Position numbers and translations under genes: made by a program. Below the pieces are notes generated by a model. That model was not told the DNA's origin and did not search any database. It was given only the letters and a program-made list of their open reading frames with translations. This document shows positions 39,632 to 51,000 of a stretch of DNA of 64,000 nt, one piece after another (position 1 is the first letter of the stretch; every line of letters begins with the position of its first letter). The stretch comes from Pseudogymnoascus verrucosus (taxonomy: Eukaryota), in assembly GCA_001662655.1 (NCBI GenBank), contig KV460218.1; one strand, 5' to 3'.

Positions 39632-40677
39632 AAGTGCGTTTTGGAGTTGTCGAGGATGGCAATGCTGGAGCGGATTAGATGTCAGATCCATCTGCAGAGG
39701 GGTTTGTTGGTGCTGCAACAACTGTCGTCTTCAGCACCAGTTGCGTTCTCGTCACGACCAGTCCCTGTATCCAAGCTTCACTCAACTGCGTGGCTATCCC
39801 TTGTAGCTCCTGTATCATTGCCTTGCCTAACAGCATCACTGGGTCTGTCACAACCCCGTAACCAGCAACTCAATCCTCGTCTGTGGATTCGTAATAGAGT
39901 GCTGGCCTAGCGGTGTCGAGTATGCACTCCACAGTGCATTATCAAAGAACGCAAAAATTTACAACCATCAGTGTAACCAAGGTCAAAATCATATCTGCCA
40001 ATGCACTCTGGCGATCGGCCACCTTACTTTCGTCATGTTGTGTGTCTCTTGATGATTTAAGAGGGATGACCCCCCGGCTTTGTCTTCCTCATTCTTCTCT
40101 TCGGGTATTTATAATAAAGGCAGGGATAAAAAGTGAGACAACGTAAAATGAGATCAATGATGCGAGAAGAACCACATGATATCGTCGCCCTATCTGGCCC
40201 TCCTGCAAGCTTCCGTGGACGTCGACTTGTGGTTTATCAAATCTCCTTAGTGCACGGCTCCTCCCCTCGTCGTCCTAACTCCATTCTTCAGGCTAAAAAG
40301 CAGGGTTGCTATAATGTGCGGTATTATAATGACTATTTTAAACATGCTTGTCTGGAAGATCTGCCCCAATGGATCGTTTCAATCACTGTTGTACTCGTAC
40401 TTTGAGTGCCGAAACTAGTTGCCTAAACAAGACCAAAGAACTTCAAAGGGCTCCATTTGAAGATTGCAACTGCGTTGTAGTCGTGATGGTGCGCTATGAA
40501 TTGATATTATTGTTATTGTTATTATATTTATTTATTATTTCGTCCATCGGGTGGCAAGTGACCCTGAGACCTCCCGAGGGGAACCCTTGCTAAGTCGTAA
40601 CGTACTCATATCGTAAAGATTTTTCATCATATAACTGTACACAAGCTAATAGCTTAGAGGTGCTTTTACTAGCTGTA

Positions 40678-41907
40678 TTAATGGCTAGAGAAGACAATGC
40701 TGTGTCTAATCTCGACACTTCTTCCGGGGCAGTGTTCGCCCTCGTGAACTCTGAATGCACTTCTCAACCTATCCGCTAATCGTCTTCTCTGTCTCGCTTC
40801 TCCAGCTATACCGACTGAATTAGAAGCAGTATGCTCTTGACCTGCTTCCGCAGCGAGCTGCCCCAAAGTTGCTACTCGCTCATGGACAGGTGCGTGGTGC
40901 ACAGCTAAGATGCTCTGGACACGGGAGTGGTGGGCATAACCACCCTCAATTACGGCTGAAGCAGGCGGCGGAGTATCTGTATCAGTAGGAGATGTGACGT
41001 CGGTGTCAGTACAAACAGGTCTAAGATTATCACGGCTAAACAGGGTCGGAATCAAATCCGAGGGAATTGAGCCACTGTGTACTTTGTCCATTGTGAAGTC
41101 CTCTGTATATATAGAGTATCCCAGGTTGCATTCCTGAACTTTAGCTTCTAACTGTGGCGGTGAGTGAAAAGGGTTAGAAGGAGAAGTATTGTTTGTGCTA
41201 ATAGCTTCAACAGGCGCTGTATATGACTAGCTTCAATCTCCCATTGGCTCTCTGTTGTAATATGCACATTAGATAGGTGTGGGTCATTTATTCTTGTTGC
41301 TTTAAGTTCAAGATCGAGACCTCCTAGATTTGTTGGGAGAGGATCTCTAAATTTCACAATTGGTAGTTTTCAGCATGACTCTGGCGAGTCCTTTGGCCCG
41401 GCTCTGCCTTAGACGACCAGGAAAGCCGGTTTAAGGTCTATATCTTTCCGGGTTTCCATGAGTTTTCCAGGCATCTGTAGCAATAATAACAAGGAAGAGG
41501 ACCGTAAAGATGCCAGTGAGAGCATATAGTACGCCCATAGAAGCAGCAGGTGGAGTATTTCTAGATGTTTGCGATGAACCACTATCTACAGACGTGTTGT
41601 TTAAGGGTACGGCCGCTAATGAAACTTGTCCATCCATCCGAAAAGTAACTAATGTGTCTATCGTTCCTCTCGTTGTATTCGTGATAGTGAAATACGTTGC
41701 ATACATATGGTCTAATATCCGAAATAGCGCAATGGGCAGAGGTAAGACTACACAGGACGACGACTCATGGTTCCTAGGGAATGATGTATTCAATGACTCC
41801 TTTAGGGGGTATATTTGATAATATAGAGATCGGGCTTCTACAGGGCCTAATATATCATATCCCCTACTATAAGTTCCCATTATAGTACTTAAGGTAGAGA
41901 CTATCAT
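40678..41907 (-). pseudogene. Degenerate transmembrane RING-H2 ubiquitin-ligase gene
   Basis: MGVLYALTGIFTVLFLVIIAT..PERY..RQSRAKGLARVML, then LGYSIYTEDF (from CSICTEDF); stops, frameshifts and a deleted RING core. Confidence 0.7.
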
Positions 41908-42106
41908 ATGCTTTCAGGGCTTTTTCTACAACTTATTAACTATAATAACTGTCTCTCTATATAGAAAAAAAGGGGTTATTCCTCCACGTCTTTATTATGT
42001 AACCTTTTGCGATATTTCTACGCAAACTCTGTAGCTGCATGTTACTCTAGCAACAAGTTTATTGTTCTATCTATAGTTCTCTAGGAACCTCCTTTCCCTT
42101 TAGTTA

Positions 42107-42307
42107 TGTAAGGGTTGTAAACCTACAGGTCTCATAGGAGTCTAGGGAACTAGGCTAAGAGGCAGGAATGGGTATTGTATTCGTAGGGACAATAGGTCTA
42201 CGTAAATACAACAACTATTGACTGGAGGCCTTCGTCTTAGGCCTCCAGCCCCTTTTTTAGGCAGCTCCACAGCAGGGCACCCTATAGGGTGGACTGGCTA
42301 CGTGACA
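42107..42307. mobile_element. Probable solo LTR (~200 bp)
   Basis: TGTAAG....CGTGACA termini, TpA-rich interior, internal 10-bp perfect inverted repeat; no clean TSD. Confidence 0.5.
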
Positions 42308-43664
42308 AGCCCTTACGTGCCGGCCTTATAAGTTAGCATTGTTTGCAAAGTAGAAGTTATGTCGTGTCCTACCTTCTCAGCATCGTCCAGGATGTTTCCT
42401 TTCCCACTATTAAGCCGATCCTCATCTTGTCGAGCAGTATATGTAGCCAAGGGGTGGTCTGGTGAAGAAAACCATTTCTCGACTCGAGTTTGGCACATCT
42501 TATTCTTCTCATCGGTGGTCATGTTGCTATTGGTAATATAAACTTCAATAGTTGTCGTGTTTTGATATGGTCGAGTACTAACCACGTAGATGTTAGTTGG
42601 TTGCTGTGAATTCAATACCAGAGGAGATTCAACAAAGTGTGATCGTAGGACAATTGGAAGGTGAGGAGAAACGAGCAGAGCTAGGGATTACCTAACGAAA
42701 CAGGGCTCAGAGCCCTTCACGACTTCAGTCGAAGACATTGTATCTAGTCAAAGGTTGTCGGTGCGTCTAAGACTTCTGCTGAATGGTGCTTATGCTGATA
42801 GAATCCATTGCCAGAAATCGGGAGGGAGAGACTGCCTTTATACCCCCCCGCGCTCTGTTGGAAATACTCCCTCTACTTCGTCTCAGCATAGCAACCCACA
42901 TCGCCGGGCATACATACACCGCCCACCAGTTCGAAGCGTGGACCAATTACAAAAAGGATATTGATGTCTATAATGTAGTTGATAACAAGCAGGTCTCGCC
43001 GTAAATTCACACCACAGCTCGAGAGTTGCCAGAGGCATGCTTTTACGCCACCTATAACCCATGCTCCATCCCCTGTTCTTGGCGGTCTCACGCCTTGCAT
43101 GCCTCCCTCCGCATCCGCGGAAGACAGGGATTGAGGGCTTATGTAGCCTCTGTAGGAACTATGTTCTTTGTCCATTATAACGCCGACACCGAAGCAACTC
43201 TAACAATACGCGCGGCTCTGTAAAGGCTGCACATGTTATATTGATAACTATACTATGATGCGCATTGCTGAGCTGAATTTTGGAACTAAACTATGTAGCT
43301 CGATTGTACACTGGGAAACACACATGTTGGGGTCTTATTACAGAATCTGGAGTTGTGGGCAGGTGAAATGATGTCAACGTCGAGGCTTCCTAGCCCCACT
43401 CTCGTTAGCGCAAAACCGCCCAGAACCATCCTGCCCCTTTACTCCAGTATCTAGTACGTTGACCCGGGTACCCTATCAACCTGGACACAGCGTACATGGG
43501 TCAGCGTGAAAGGCGAGAGGCTTCAGACCAGAGGCTTCAGACTAACAACAACTGCCAAGCGTTCAGTGAGGCGCATAGTAGCTTACACTGGTTGTGTTAG
43601 GGCCATCCCGTGTCCCCGTGTCTACATCTGGCTAGGATGGTTATACCGCCATTACCACAACTGT

Positions 43665-43790
43665 GCAAGGCGTATGCCGTCAAAGGTGCATGCTATACAA
43701 GATGCATATTGTCCAAGGTGCATGCCGTTCAAGGTCCAAGGTGCATACCGTCCAAGGTCCAAGGTGCATGCCGTCCAAGGTGCATGCTAC
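43665..43790. repeat. Minisatellite, ~16-bp unit CCGTCCAAGGTGCATG
   Basis: About 6 imperfect tandem copies read directly. Confidence 0.85.
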
Positions 43791-43907
43791 TTGTTATCAT
43801 GTCACTGCGCTGTTCAGTAGGCATATAAAATCCGGTCTATTATTGGACCTCGCTGCTACAAGGGTATTGAGAGTTGACGCAAAAGGCCACTAAATCATAC
43901 TAGTAAG

Positions 43908-44115
43908 TATGTCCAGAATCACCGCGAAAAGCCACAAAAGACTAACAAGGATGCAAAATCGCCGCGAAAAGCCACCAAAAGCATTCTAGCAAGGATGCTC
44001 AGAATCAGCGAGAAAAGCCACAAAAGAATAGCAAGGATGCAAAATCGCCGCGAAAAGCCACCAAAGGCATTCTAGCAAGGATGCTCAGAATCAGCGAGAA
44101 AAGCCACAAAAACAT
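43908..44115. repeat. Minisatellite, ~42-bp unit (AAGGATGC..AATC..CG(C/A)GAAAAGCCAC) with higher-order dimer
   Basis: Five GAAAAGCCAC cores; alternating subtypes. Confidence 0.85.
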
Positions 44116-44369
44116 ACTGACAGAGATCCCTACCATCTGAAGCGTACACCCGGCCCCCTCTTGCGGATCCGCAGCAACCGGTCTGCAAGTACCGCCTAGC
44201 CTTAGAGAATAGACTAGTGGAGTATTATTGGCCCTGCATCTAGAATCTTTTACAGGGGTTCAGAATCCGCTGAATAGACACAAAAAAGAGAGGCTAGGTA
44301 ATAGAGATATTCTCTTATCATTATTCTAGTAGTAATAGGGGTTAAAATAACCCTACATGTTTAATAAAT

Positions 44370-44705
44370 TGTTTTGGGTCGAGGAAGACAAATTAGTCAG
44401 GGAGAGAAAGTGGTCGGGAAGAGAAATTAGTCGGGACGAGAAAGTGGTCGGGAAGAGAAATTGTTTCAGTCGAGGAGGATAACTTGTTTGGGTCGAGGAG
44501 GATAAATTGTTTGGGTCGAGGAGGATAACTTGTTTGAGTCGAAAAGAATAAATCGTTTAGGTTGAGGAGGATAAATCGTTTGCGTCGAGGAAAATAAATC
44601 GTTTGGGTCGAGGAGGATAAATCGTTTGGGTCGAGGAGGATAACTTGTTTGGGTCAAGGAAAATAAATTGTTTGGGTCGAGGAGGATAAATCGTTTGGGT
44701 CGGTA
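44370..44705. repeat. Minisatellite, 22-23-bp unit TTTGGGTCGAGGAGGATAA(A/C)T(T/C)G
   Basis: More than 10 tandem copies plus related AGAAAGTGGTCGGGAAGAGAAATT units. Confidence 0.9.
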
Positions 44706-44886
44706 GGTAAGAGGGCGCTGTTACTGTAACAGGGTAGCACGGGTTAAAACCCCACCTTTGTCCTACAATAGGTAGCTAGGATTAAAATCCCCCTGTCACC
44801 TACTCTTCAACGTAGGGATCAATTCCTCCTAAGTCACCTACAATAGGTACTAGGGATTAAAATCTCCCCTGCTTACACTAGCAAAG

Positions 44887-45020
44887 ATCCGACCATGTTC
44901 GCTCGCAAGTTCCGACCATGTTCGCTCGCAAGTTCCGACCATGTTCGCTCGCAAGTTCCGTTCATGTTCGCTCGCAAGTTCCGTTCATGTTCGCTCGCAA
45001 AGTTTTGCCCATGTTCAGTC
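44887..45020. repeat. Minisatellite, 23-bp unit TCCG(AC/TT)CATGTTCGCTCGCAAGT
   Basis: CATGTTCGCTCGCAA at 44894, 44917, 44940, 44963 and 44986. Confidence 0.92.
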
Positions 45021-45477
45021 GCATACTTACGTACGTTCAGTCACCCAGGTCACCTAGCTTACCCTCACTTACCCCTTGCCTCACCCTTCAGGCACCAGAC
45101 GGCCCTAGATATATGTAATGTCTACTCGCACGACTAAAACTAGCCTTTGCATCTAATCGCCTGCTTTGCTTTGTTAACTTTTTACTAAGCGAACCCCTAT
45201 AGATCTTATAAAGATCTTTCGACCATTTCCAACTAGGATATATCGACCTTCGAATTCCTTGGACGAGGGGGGTTTTAGCGGCGGTAAGGCAAGAATACGG
45301 ACCGGAGCCCCACTTGAACCCCTCCTAAGTTCCACCTGTCATAAACTTAATCTTACCCCTCTTTCTCCCCTTTACATACTTTACATACTTAAATCACAAC
45401 CTAACTTCTCTCTAATAGATACTATCGCACAACACCTGTTGGTCATCGCGACGGTACGGAGTACCAAGATAATCACC

Positions 45478-47079
45478 ATGGCGTCCCAACAGATTCGAGC
45501 CACGCCGCCCTCTAAAGACGCTATGCTCAATTCCTTCCTCGAAATCGTCCGTAATTACAATGCGCGCCCACCGCCCGGACGCAACAAGATCGTCTTTCCC
45601 GCGTGTCAACTCGTCGTGGAAATGCCCCTGCTTTTGAACCGGCCTAGCGAGCCCCTCCCATGCAGGGAGTCGCCGGCCGTGTTCGAGGCCATCAACGCCC
45701 ACTTCTCAGCCCAAGTGCACGCGTTTTTCAACGCACTGCATGACCTCGAGGATATGGCAGACAAACCGTCCTCGGACGACCTGGAACTCCTCCACCAGGA
45801 TGAATGGCTTCGGCCCGTCATCCAGATCACCAACCAGTCTTTCGACAACCCCGAAGGCAACGATGACTGCGTGCACCGCTGCTACCACACTCGCCGCCTC
45901 ACTGTCCAAAACCCGGAGAGCCTACCTCTCCTCAACCGCGTCATACAACTGCGCATCTTCCACGACAACGCTTACAGCCCAGATCCGGCCAACATGCGGC
46001 CCGTCTCCATGCGCACGCCCCTCGAACTCGCTACCCGCCTCCCTCACCTTCGCGAGCTACACTGCCCCTGGCTATGGGAGGAATTTCCCATTGCCTTCAC
46101 ATCTCAGGCGATGCGGAGAATTGCTCGCGTCTGGGAAGGCCCTTGGCGTGATGCCCGCGTTGAGTTCGGGCGGGGTGTGCGTCATGTCATGCCCTTGTTG
46201 CCGTCCTCCCTCACCAAGGTCAGTCTCTGGTTCTGGAGGACCAACGCCTATGGGCGTGAGGACCAAGCGGTGCAGATGCCTGACCTTGTCGGCGCATCCT
46301 TGTCGTCGCCATCGACCAATGAGTTTGAAGGCATGGACCCTGTGTCTCTTGGGTTGCGAGACCTGGGGAGTCGCCTGGAGGAACTAGACGTCATCGCGCT
46401 CATCACCCCTGATCTTTTCCATTCTAGCGGCGACGGTTTGTTATGGCCACGAATGGTGCACCTCAAAGTAGAATTCCACCCGTGCGCGCCTAACGGCACC
46501 TGGTACTTTTCCGGCCCGAGAGGCGAGAATCCCCACTCGACAGGATTCGCCATCACGAGAGAGGAGCACTACCCGTCCGAAGGCCTGGAATACGACGACG
46601 AGACGCACGCCTTATGGGATGATGAGGAGGAAGAGTACTGGGGTGATGAGGGCATATACGAACACTACACGCCCGATATGTTCCGTACGCGCCCCATCGT
46701 GGAGCGCATCAACCCTTTGCTCTTAGAGTTCGCCTCATCTCTACAACGGCAAAAGATGCCCTCCCTTCAAGACGCTGAGCTATTTACGTGGCTTACGTGG
46801 CGGCCCTCGAAGGACCGAGTTCAAGAGTATGAAGGGAGTGATGAGGTGCCTCCTACTACAGATGTGGAGCAGACCGTTATGTTCCGATGGGGGGTGAGAT
46901 ACGATGCGCCTAAAGGAGATGGGAAAGGAAAAGTGACGTGGCAGGTCGGTGACTGGAGGCCGGAGGACAAAGTCATTGCGGCGTTTAAGGATCTTGTGGG
47001 CGGGGAGGGGGAGAACATAGAGTGGAAAGCGTTTGAGTATATAGAAGAGAGGGAGCAAGATGTAGAAGCCTTTATCTGA
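45478..47079 (+). CDS. Uncharacterised 533-aa cytoplasmic protein with degenerate LRR-like segments
   Basis: Intact single exon from ACCATGG at 45478; no signal peptide; LPHLRELHC, LTKVSLWF, LEELDV, WPRMVHLKVEFHPCAPNGTWYFSGP; acidic stretch. Confidence 0.82.
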   Translation: MASQQIRATPPSKDAMLNSFLEIVRNYNARPPPGRNKIVFPACQLVVEMPLLLNRPSEPLPCRESPAVFEAINAHFSAQVHAFFNALHDLEDMADKPSSDDLELLHQDEWLRPVIQITNQSFDNPEGNDDCVHRCYHTRRLTVQNPESLPLLNRVIQLRIFHDNAYSPDPANMRPVSMRTPLELATRLPHLRELHCPWLWEEFPIAFTSQAMRRIARVWEGPWRDARVEFGRGVRHVMPLLPSSLTKVSLWFWRTNAYGREDQAVQMPDLVGASLSSPSTNEFEGMDPVSLGLRDLGSRLEELDVIALITPDLFHSSGDGLLWPRMVHLKVEFHPCAPNGTWYFSGPRGENPHSTGFAITREEHYPSEGLEYDDETHALWDDEEEEYWGDEGIYEHYTPDMFRTRPIVERINPLLLEFASSLQRQKMPSLQDAELFTWLTWRPSKDRVQEYEGSDEVPPTTDVEQTVMFRWGVRYDAPKGDGKGKVTWQVGDWRPEDKVIAAFKDLVGGEGENIEWKAFEYIEEREQDVEAFI

Positions 47080-47335
47080 TGAGACCTACCTAGGTAGGTA
47101 ACTATTACAGAATTAACAGGACAGGCTGGTAGAACAGACTCACTCCTTTTCAACATTCTAACGGAAGGCCGACAGTTGCGCTCACAGCTACTGGCAAGCA
47201 CGAGAGAAAACATTCCTTTCCTTCAATCGATCCTTATCTATATATGTACCTACTCCCTATATGGTTAAACTATCTATAAAGGAAACTACCAAAGATGTCA
47301 CTAGCACAGCAGCATTATTCGCCCCCCTAGTCCTA

Positions 47336-49966
47336 CTAAGCACTAACGCCGACACAATACGCCTCCCCTAACCAATAATTCGTCACACAATCGCTACTCA
47401 CAGCCGGATTCCACGCCAAAAACTGTGCCAATGTAAGGCCCGCCTGGCTCGCCATATCCGTGCAGGATAGACCGTCAGTCACAACAGCCCACTTATTGCA
47501 GTTGTCTGGCGAGCCGGTCATGGTCGGTGCAGGAGGCGTTGGCTTAGAAGTAGTCGTAGGTGCAGTCGTCGTCGGGGTAGAGGCGCCAGCGACACCAACA
47601 CAGTACGCCTCGCCCAGCCAGTAGTTGGTGCTACAGTCGGAACTGACAGCCGGGTTCCATGCTAAGAATTGGGCGAGGGAAATGCCAGCCTGGGTGGCCA
47701 TGTCTGTGCAGGAGAGGCCATCAGTGACGAGGGACCACTTGTTGCAGTCGGCAGGCGAGCCGGTCATGGTTGGGCCAGGCGGTGTTGGTTTTGTGGTCGT
47801 GAGACCACCGGTACTTGTGGGAGCTGCGGTGGTTGTTGGACTGCTGTCGTCACCCGAGATACCAACGCAGTAGGCCTCGCCTAGCCAGTAGTTGGTGGAA
47901 CAGTCGGAACTTACAGCCGGGTTCCACGCTAGGAATTGTGCGAGGGAAATGCCAGCCTGGGTGGCCATGTCTGTGCAGGAGAGGCCATCGGTGACGAGGG
48001 ACCACTTGTTGCAGTCGGCAGGCGAGCCAGTCATAGTTGGGCCAGGCGGCGTTGGTTTTGTGGTTGTGGGACCGCCGGTGCTTGTAGGGGATCCGGTGGT
48101 TGTTGAACTGCCGTCGTCGCCCGAGATACCGACGCAGTAGGCTTCGTCAACCCAGTAGTTGATCGAGCAGTCTGATGAAACGGCCGGGTTCCATGCTAGG
48201 AATTGCCCGAGGGTGATGCCGGCTTCAGAGACCAGGTCCGCGCAGGACAACCCGTCCGTGACGAGGACCCACTCGTTACAGTCTGCGGGCGAGCCTGACA
48301 TGGTCGGTCCTGGTGGTGTCGCGGAAGTTGGGGTAGCTGTACTGTCCTGTTCGATATACCATGAGCCGCAGTAGCGAACGCCCTTTTCAAATGCGCACGC
48401 CGGATCCGAGGCGTTGCCGAGGCCGGGATTCCACAAGCCAAATTCCTCAAGGTCGACGTTGTAGGTGTCCGCGGCGAGTTGGCAGTTGCTGCCGAAGGTG
48501 GAGCCGGTGAGGTTGAACTGGAAGTCGTCTCCGGCGAAGTAGTGCACGCAGTCGTCGCGCGTGCCCGTGGCTTCGGGGAGGGGCGTGTATAGTCGGGGGT
48601 AGGGGTTCTCGGTGGCGTCGGGGCGCTCGGTGTAGGGGATTCCGGTGAAGGGCGCAGAGGGGTCCAGGGTGACACTGGCGTAACCAGGGCGGCCCGTATA
48701 AGTGTTGATATCGCCCACTGCGGCGACGCAGTAAGACTCCAATGCAAAGAGGTTGGTGCAGTTGGTATTGACGGCCGGGTTCAGGAAGAAGAAGTCGGGG
48801 AGGGTAATGCCGAATTTGATGGCAACGAGATTGCAATAGTCGCCTTGTTGGACCGAGTACCACCGCCCGCAAGGCTTGTCGGCACCGCCGGAGCCGTCTG
48901 CTGCGTCAGTGGGCTTGGGAGCCGCAGTGGTGGGGGTAAGAGGGGGCAAGGCGGAGGTGTCGCTGGGGATCACGAACTTGCGGCCAGGAGCATCGACGCA
49001 GATTTCGGAGCCGTTCATCTTGGGAAGGTTTGCGCACCCGTAGCTAATGGAAGGGTTCCAGGCAATGAGTTGCGTCTCGGTGATGTTGGCTGCTGCAGCC
49101 ACGGCCTCGCACGTCGCATTATTGGGGACGGTGACAGTGGTGCACTGGTTGGTAATGCAGAGAGAGGTGCCAACGGCGGGAAAGTTAGTGCAGAAGGCCT
49201 CTAGGTCGTTGTCGGCTAGCAGCCAGTTGGTGCCAACGCCCTGGCTCTTGGATATGGTGTAGCAGTCTTCTGAGGCTTTAATGGTGTAGGTTGACCCCTC
49301 ACACACCTTGGCCGTTGGAGCAGGGGCCGCCGTGAAGTAGTCGATGGTCGTTGTTGCGACGGGGCGCCCCGTAATGCTGCAACTCGCCGTCATGCTCTCG
49401 TACAGCGACATGCTGGCTGCAATAGGCCCGTCACCGTACGGTGACCCCTCGCGCAGCCGCAGACGCTCGACCAGGCACTTGTCGCAGTCATCGGGTCGCA
49501 CCTGGTCCGTGGTGTTGCTAATGTAGTTGAAAGGGCTAATACCGGGATCCGAGAAGGCCGCTGCCAGGGCTGCAACTGGTCCGCAGAAACGCCCCTCGTC
49601 GTCCTTGAGGCAGGCATTCTGAAAGTAGAACTGCAGCGCTCCAGGAATATAGACCGCCGCGGCCTCGACCTCAAGGTCGACCGTGATGGTCTGGTTCAAG
49701 CACCCGGACTGTACTGATGACCGCCATGTATCAAGAGCGGATGAGCAACCGGTGGTGCAGATGCGCGTCAGTGACGCGGGCGGGTAGAAGACGTCTGGGC
49801 GGAGGTCCCTCACCAGCGGATCGCAGGCCGTGACATCGACGGTCAGGGCATTGGTGCACTCTACGGTAAGTGTCGAGGGAAGACTATCTGGGTAGAGCAG
49901 CACCGTGGCAGATGCTGTTGATGCAATCCCGAGAGAGAGAAGCAGGTTGACGACGAAGGTCTGCAT
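47336..49966 (-). CDS. Secreted multi-LysM (CBM50) chitin-binding protein, ~8 LysM domains
   Basis: Signal peptide MQTFVVNLLLSLGIASTASA; fungal LysM motifs (YTIKASEDC, ITETQLIAWNP, YSVQQGDYC..FLNP, WNPGL, 4x C.KW..V..G.SC...GI.L.QFLAWNPAV..DC..YCV). Confidence 0.95.
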   Translation of the reverse strand: MQTFVVNLLLSLGIASTASATVLLYPDSLPSTLTVECTNALTVDVTACDPLVRDLRPDVFYPPASLTRICTTGCSSALDTWRSSVQSGCLNQTITVDLEVEAAAVYIPGALQFYFQNACLKDDEGRFCGPVAALAAAFSDPGISPFNYISNTTDQVRPDDCDKCLVERLRLREGSPYGDGPIAASMSLYESMTASCSITGRPVATTTIDYFTAAPAPTAKVCEGSTYTIKASEDCYTISKSQGVGTNWLLADNDLEAFCTNFPAVGTSLCITNQCTTVTVPNNATCEAVAAAANITETQLIAWNPSISYGCANLPKMNGSEICVDAPGRKFVIPSDTSALPPLTPTTAAPKPTDAADGSGGADKPCGRWYSVQQGDYCNLVAIKFGITLPDFFFLNPAVNTNCTNLFALESYCVAAVGDINTYTGRPGYASVTLDPSAPFTGIPYTERPDATENPYPRLYTPLPEATGTRDDCVHYFAGDDFQFNLTGSTFGSNCQLAADTYNVDLEEFGLWNPGLGNASDPACAFEKGVRYCGSWYIEQDSTATPTSATPPGPTMSGSPADCNEWVLVTDGLSCADLVSEAGITLGQFLAWNPAVSSDCSINYWVDEAYCVGISGDDGSSTTTGSPTSTGGPTTTKPTPPGPTMTGSPADCNKWSLVTDGLSCTDMATQAGISLAQFLAWNPAVSSDCSTNYWLGEAYCVGISGDDSSPTTTAAPTSTGGLTTTKPTPPGPTMTGSPADCNKWSLVTDGLSCTDMATQAGISLAQFLAWNPAVSSDCSTNYWLGEAYCVGVAGASTPTTTAPTTTSKPTPPAPTMTGSPDNCNKWAVVTDGLSCTDMASQAGLTLAQFLAWNPAVSSDCVTNYWLGEAYCVGVSA

Positions 49967-51000
49967 TATGAAGGTTGTCCAGGCCCAATCCCTCGATTGC
50001 GGCTTACCTTGGGACCTTTAATGAGACAAGTCAGCGGGGATAACTGCTTTCTGTGGGAGGAAGAGAGGGGGCTCTTCGTGTGGCTGACGGCGGCATCGCA
50101 TCGGAAGAAGGACATTTTTCTTAGGCAGGTTGCTGAGCATCTTTTAGACTCTTAGATGGAAACAGCATACAAGAATACGTAATTCGGCTTACAGCTCTAG
50201 GTTCCCCCCCTGTCCTTTGGCAGATATGGCTCATGGGTGGATGCTACCCTTATTCCACCTGTTACTAAAATAAGTGAGGGCAGTGAAACCGCCCGCTGTC
50301 ACAGGCCATCAAACTTAAATTGCGGGCCGCTACGGCTTGCCATCTTCGGCCAATTATCCTATTTCTTATTCGCGTAGGCAATATTATGCAGGTACAGTAC
50401 GCTTAAATGTAAGTCTAAGTCCCAATCTGGCCAAGCGATGCACGTTCAACGCCAAGACGGAAGACTGAAGAGATAACATAGCTCCGGGTATCAAGGACGG
50501 GATTGCATTTTCGCACTATCTTACTATCTTAATTAATATTGCAACGCCTAGAATCCTATAGGATTGTGAACCCTGACGGGACCTGCTTTTCTAGTGGTAG
50601 CTTGCATCTTGGGGGCTGCTTATTCATGTGTTAGTTGAGATCTAGACTCAGTGACTCGGGCATCACTTTGGCACTTCCGCCTTTTCCGAAGCAAGAAAAG
50701 GTCCGCATAATTACCGCAGAGATGCTCGAATGCAATGATACCCAAAAAGGTCCCCATTTACGCTTCTACCTGCCTAATAGGATGTCGATAGTGGCGAGAT
50801 CGGACCTTGATATTACCCTCGGCTGCGCGAAGGCGGAGTGAACTGTCATCGATGCCGAGTGCAAGGCCTGACCAGGGTAAGTGGAGTAGAAATGAATCCC
50901 ACCTACTCAAGATATCATCTTATACAAGATGCAGCGGCAGCTTGCTGCCCTCCAGGTCATAGACATTCCCGAGCAGGTACAACACCCGTGACGGACGGCC

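Noticed and set aside
42313..43223. Short ORFs as real genes
   Set aside because: No recognisable motifs, starts or splice support; possibly decayed fragments.
44370..45020. CRISPR-like appearance of the 23-bp repeats
   Set aside because: Units are head-to-tail with no unique spacers, there are no cas genes, and the DNA is eukaryotic.
43506..45137. ORFs over the minisatellites
   Set aside because: Products of repeat periodicity, open in several frames.
45259..45477. N-terminal extension of the 606-aa ORF
   Set aside because: Non-ATG start and UTR-like composition; the first ATG in good context is at 45478.
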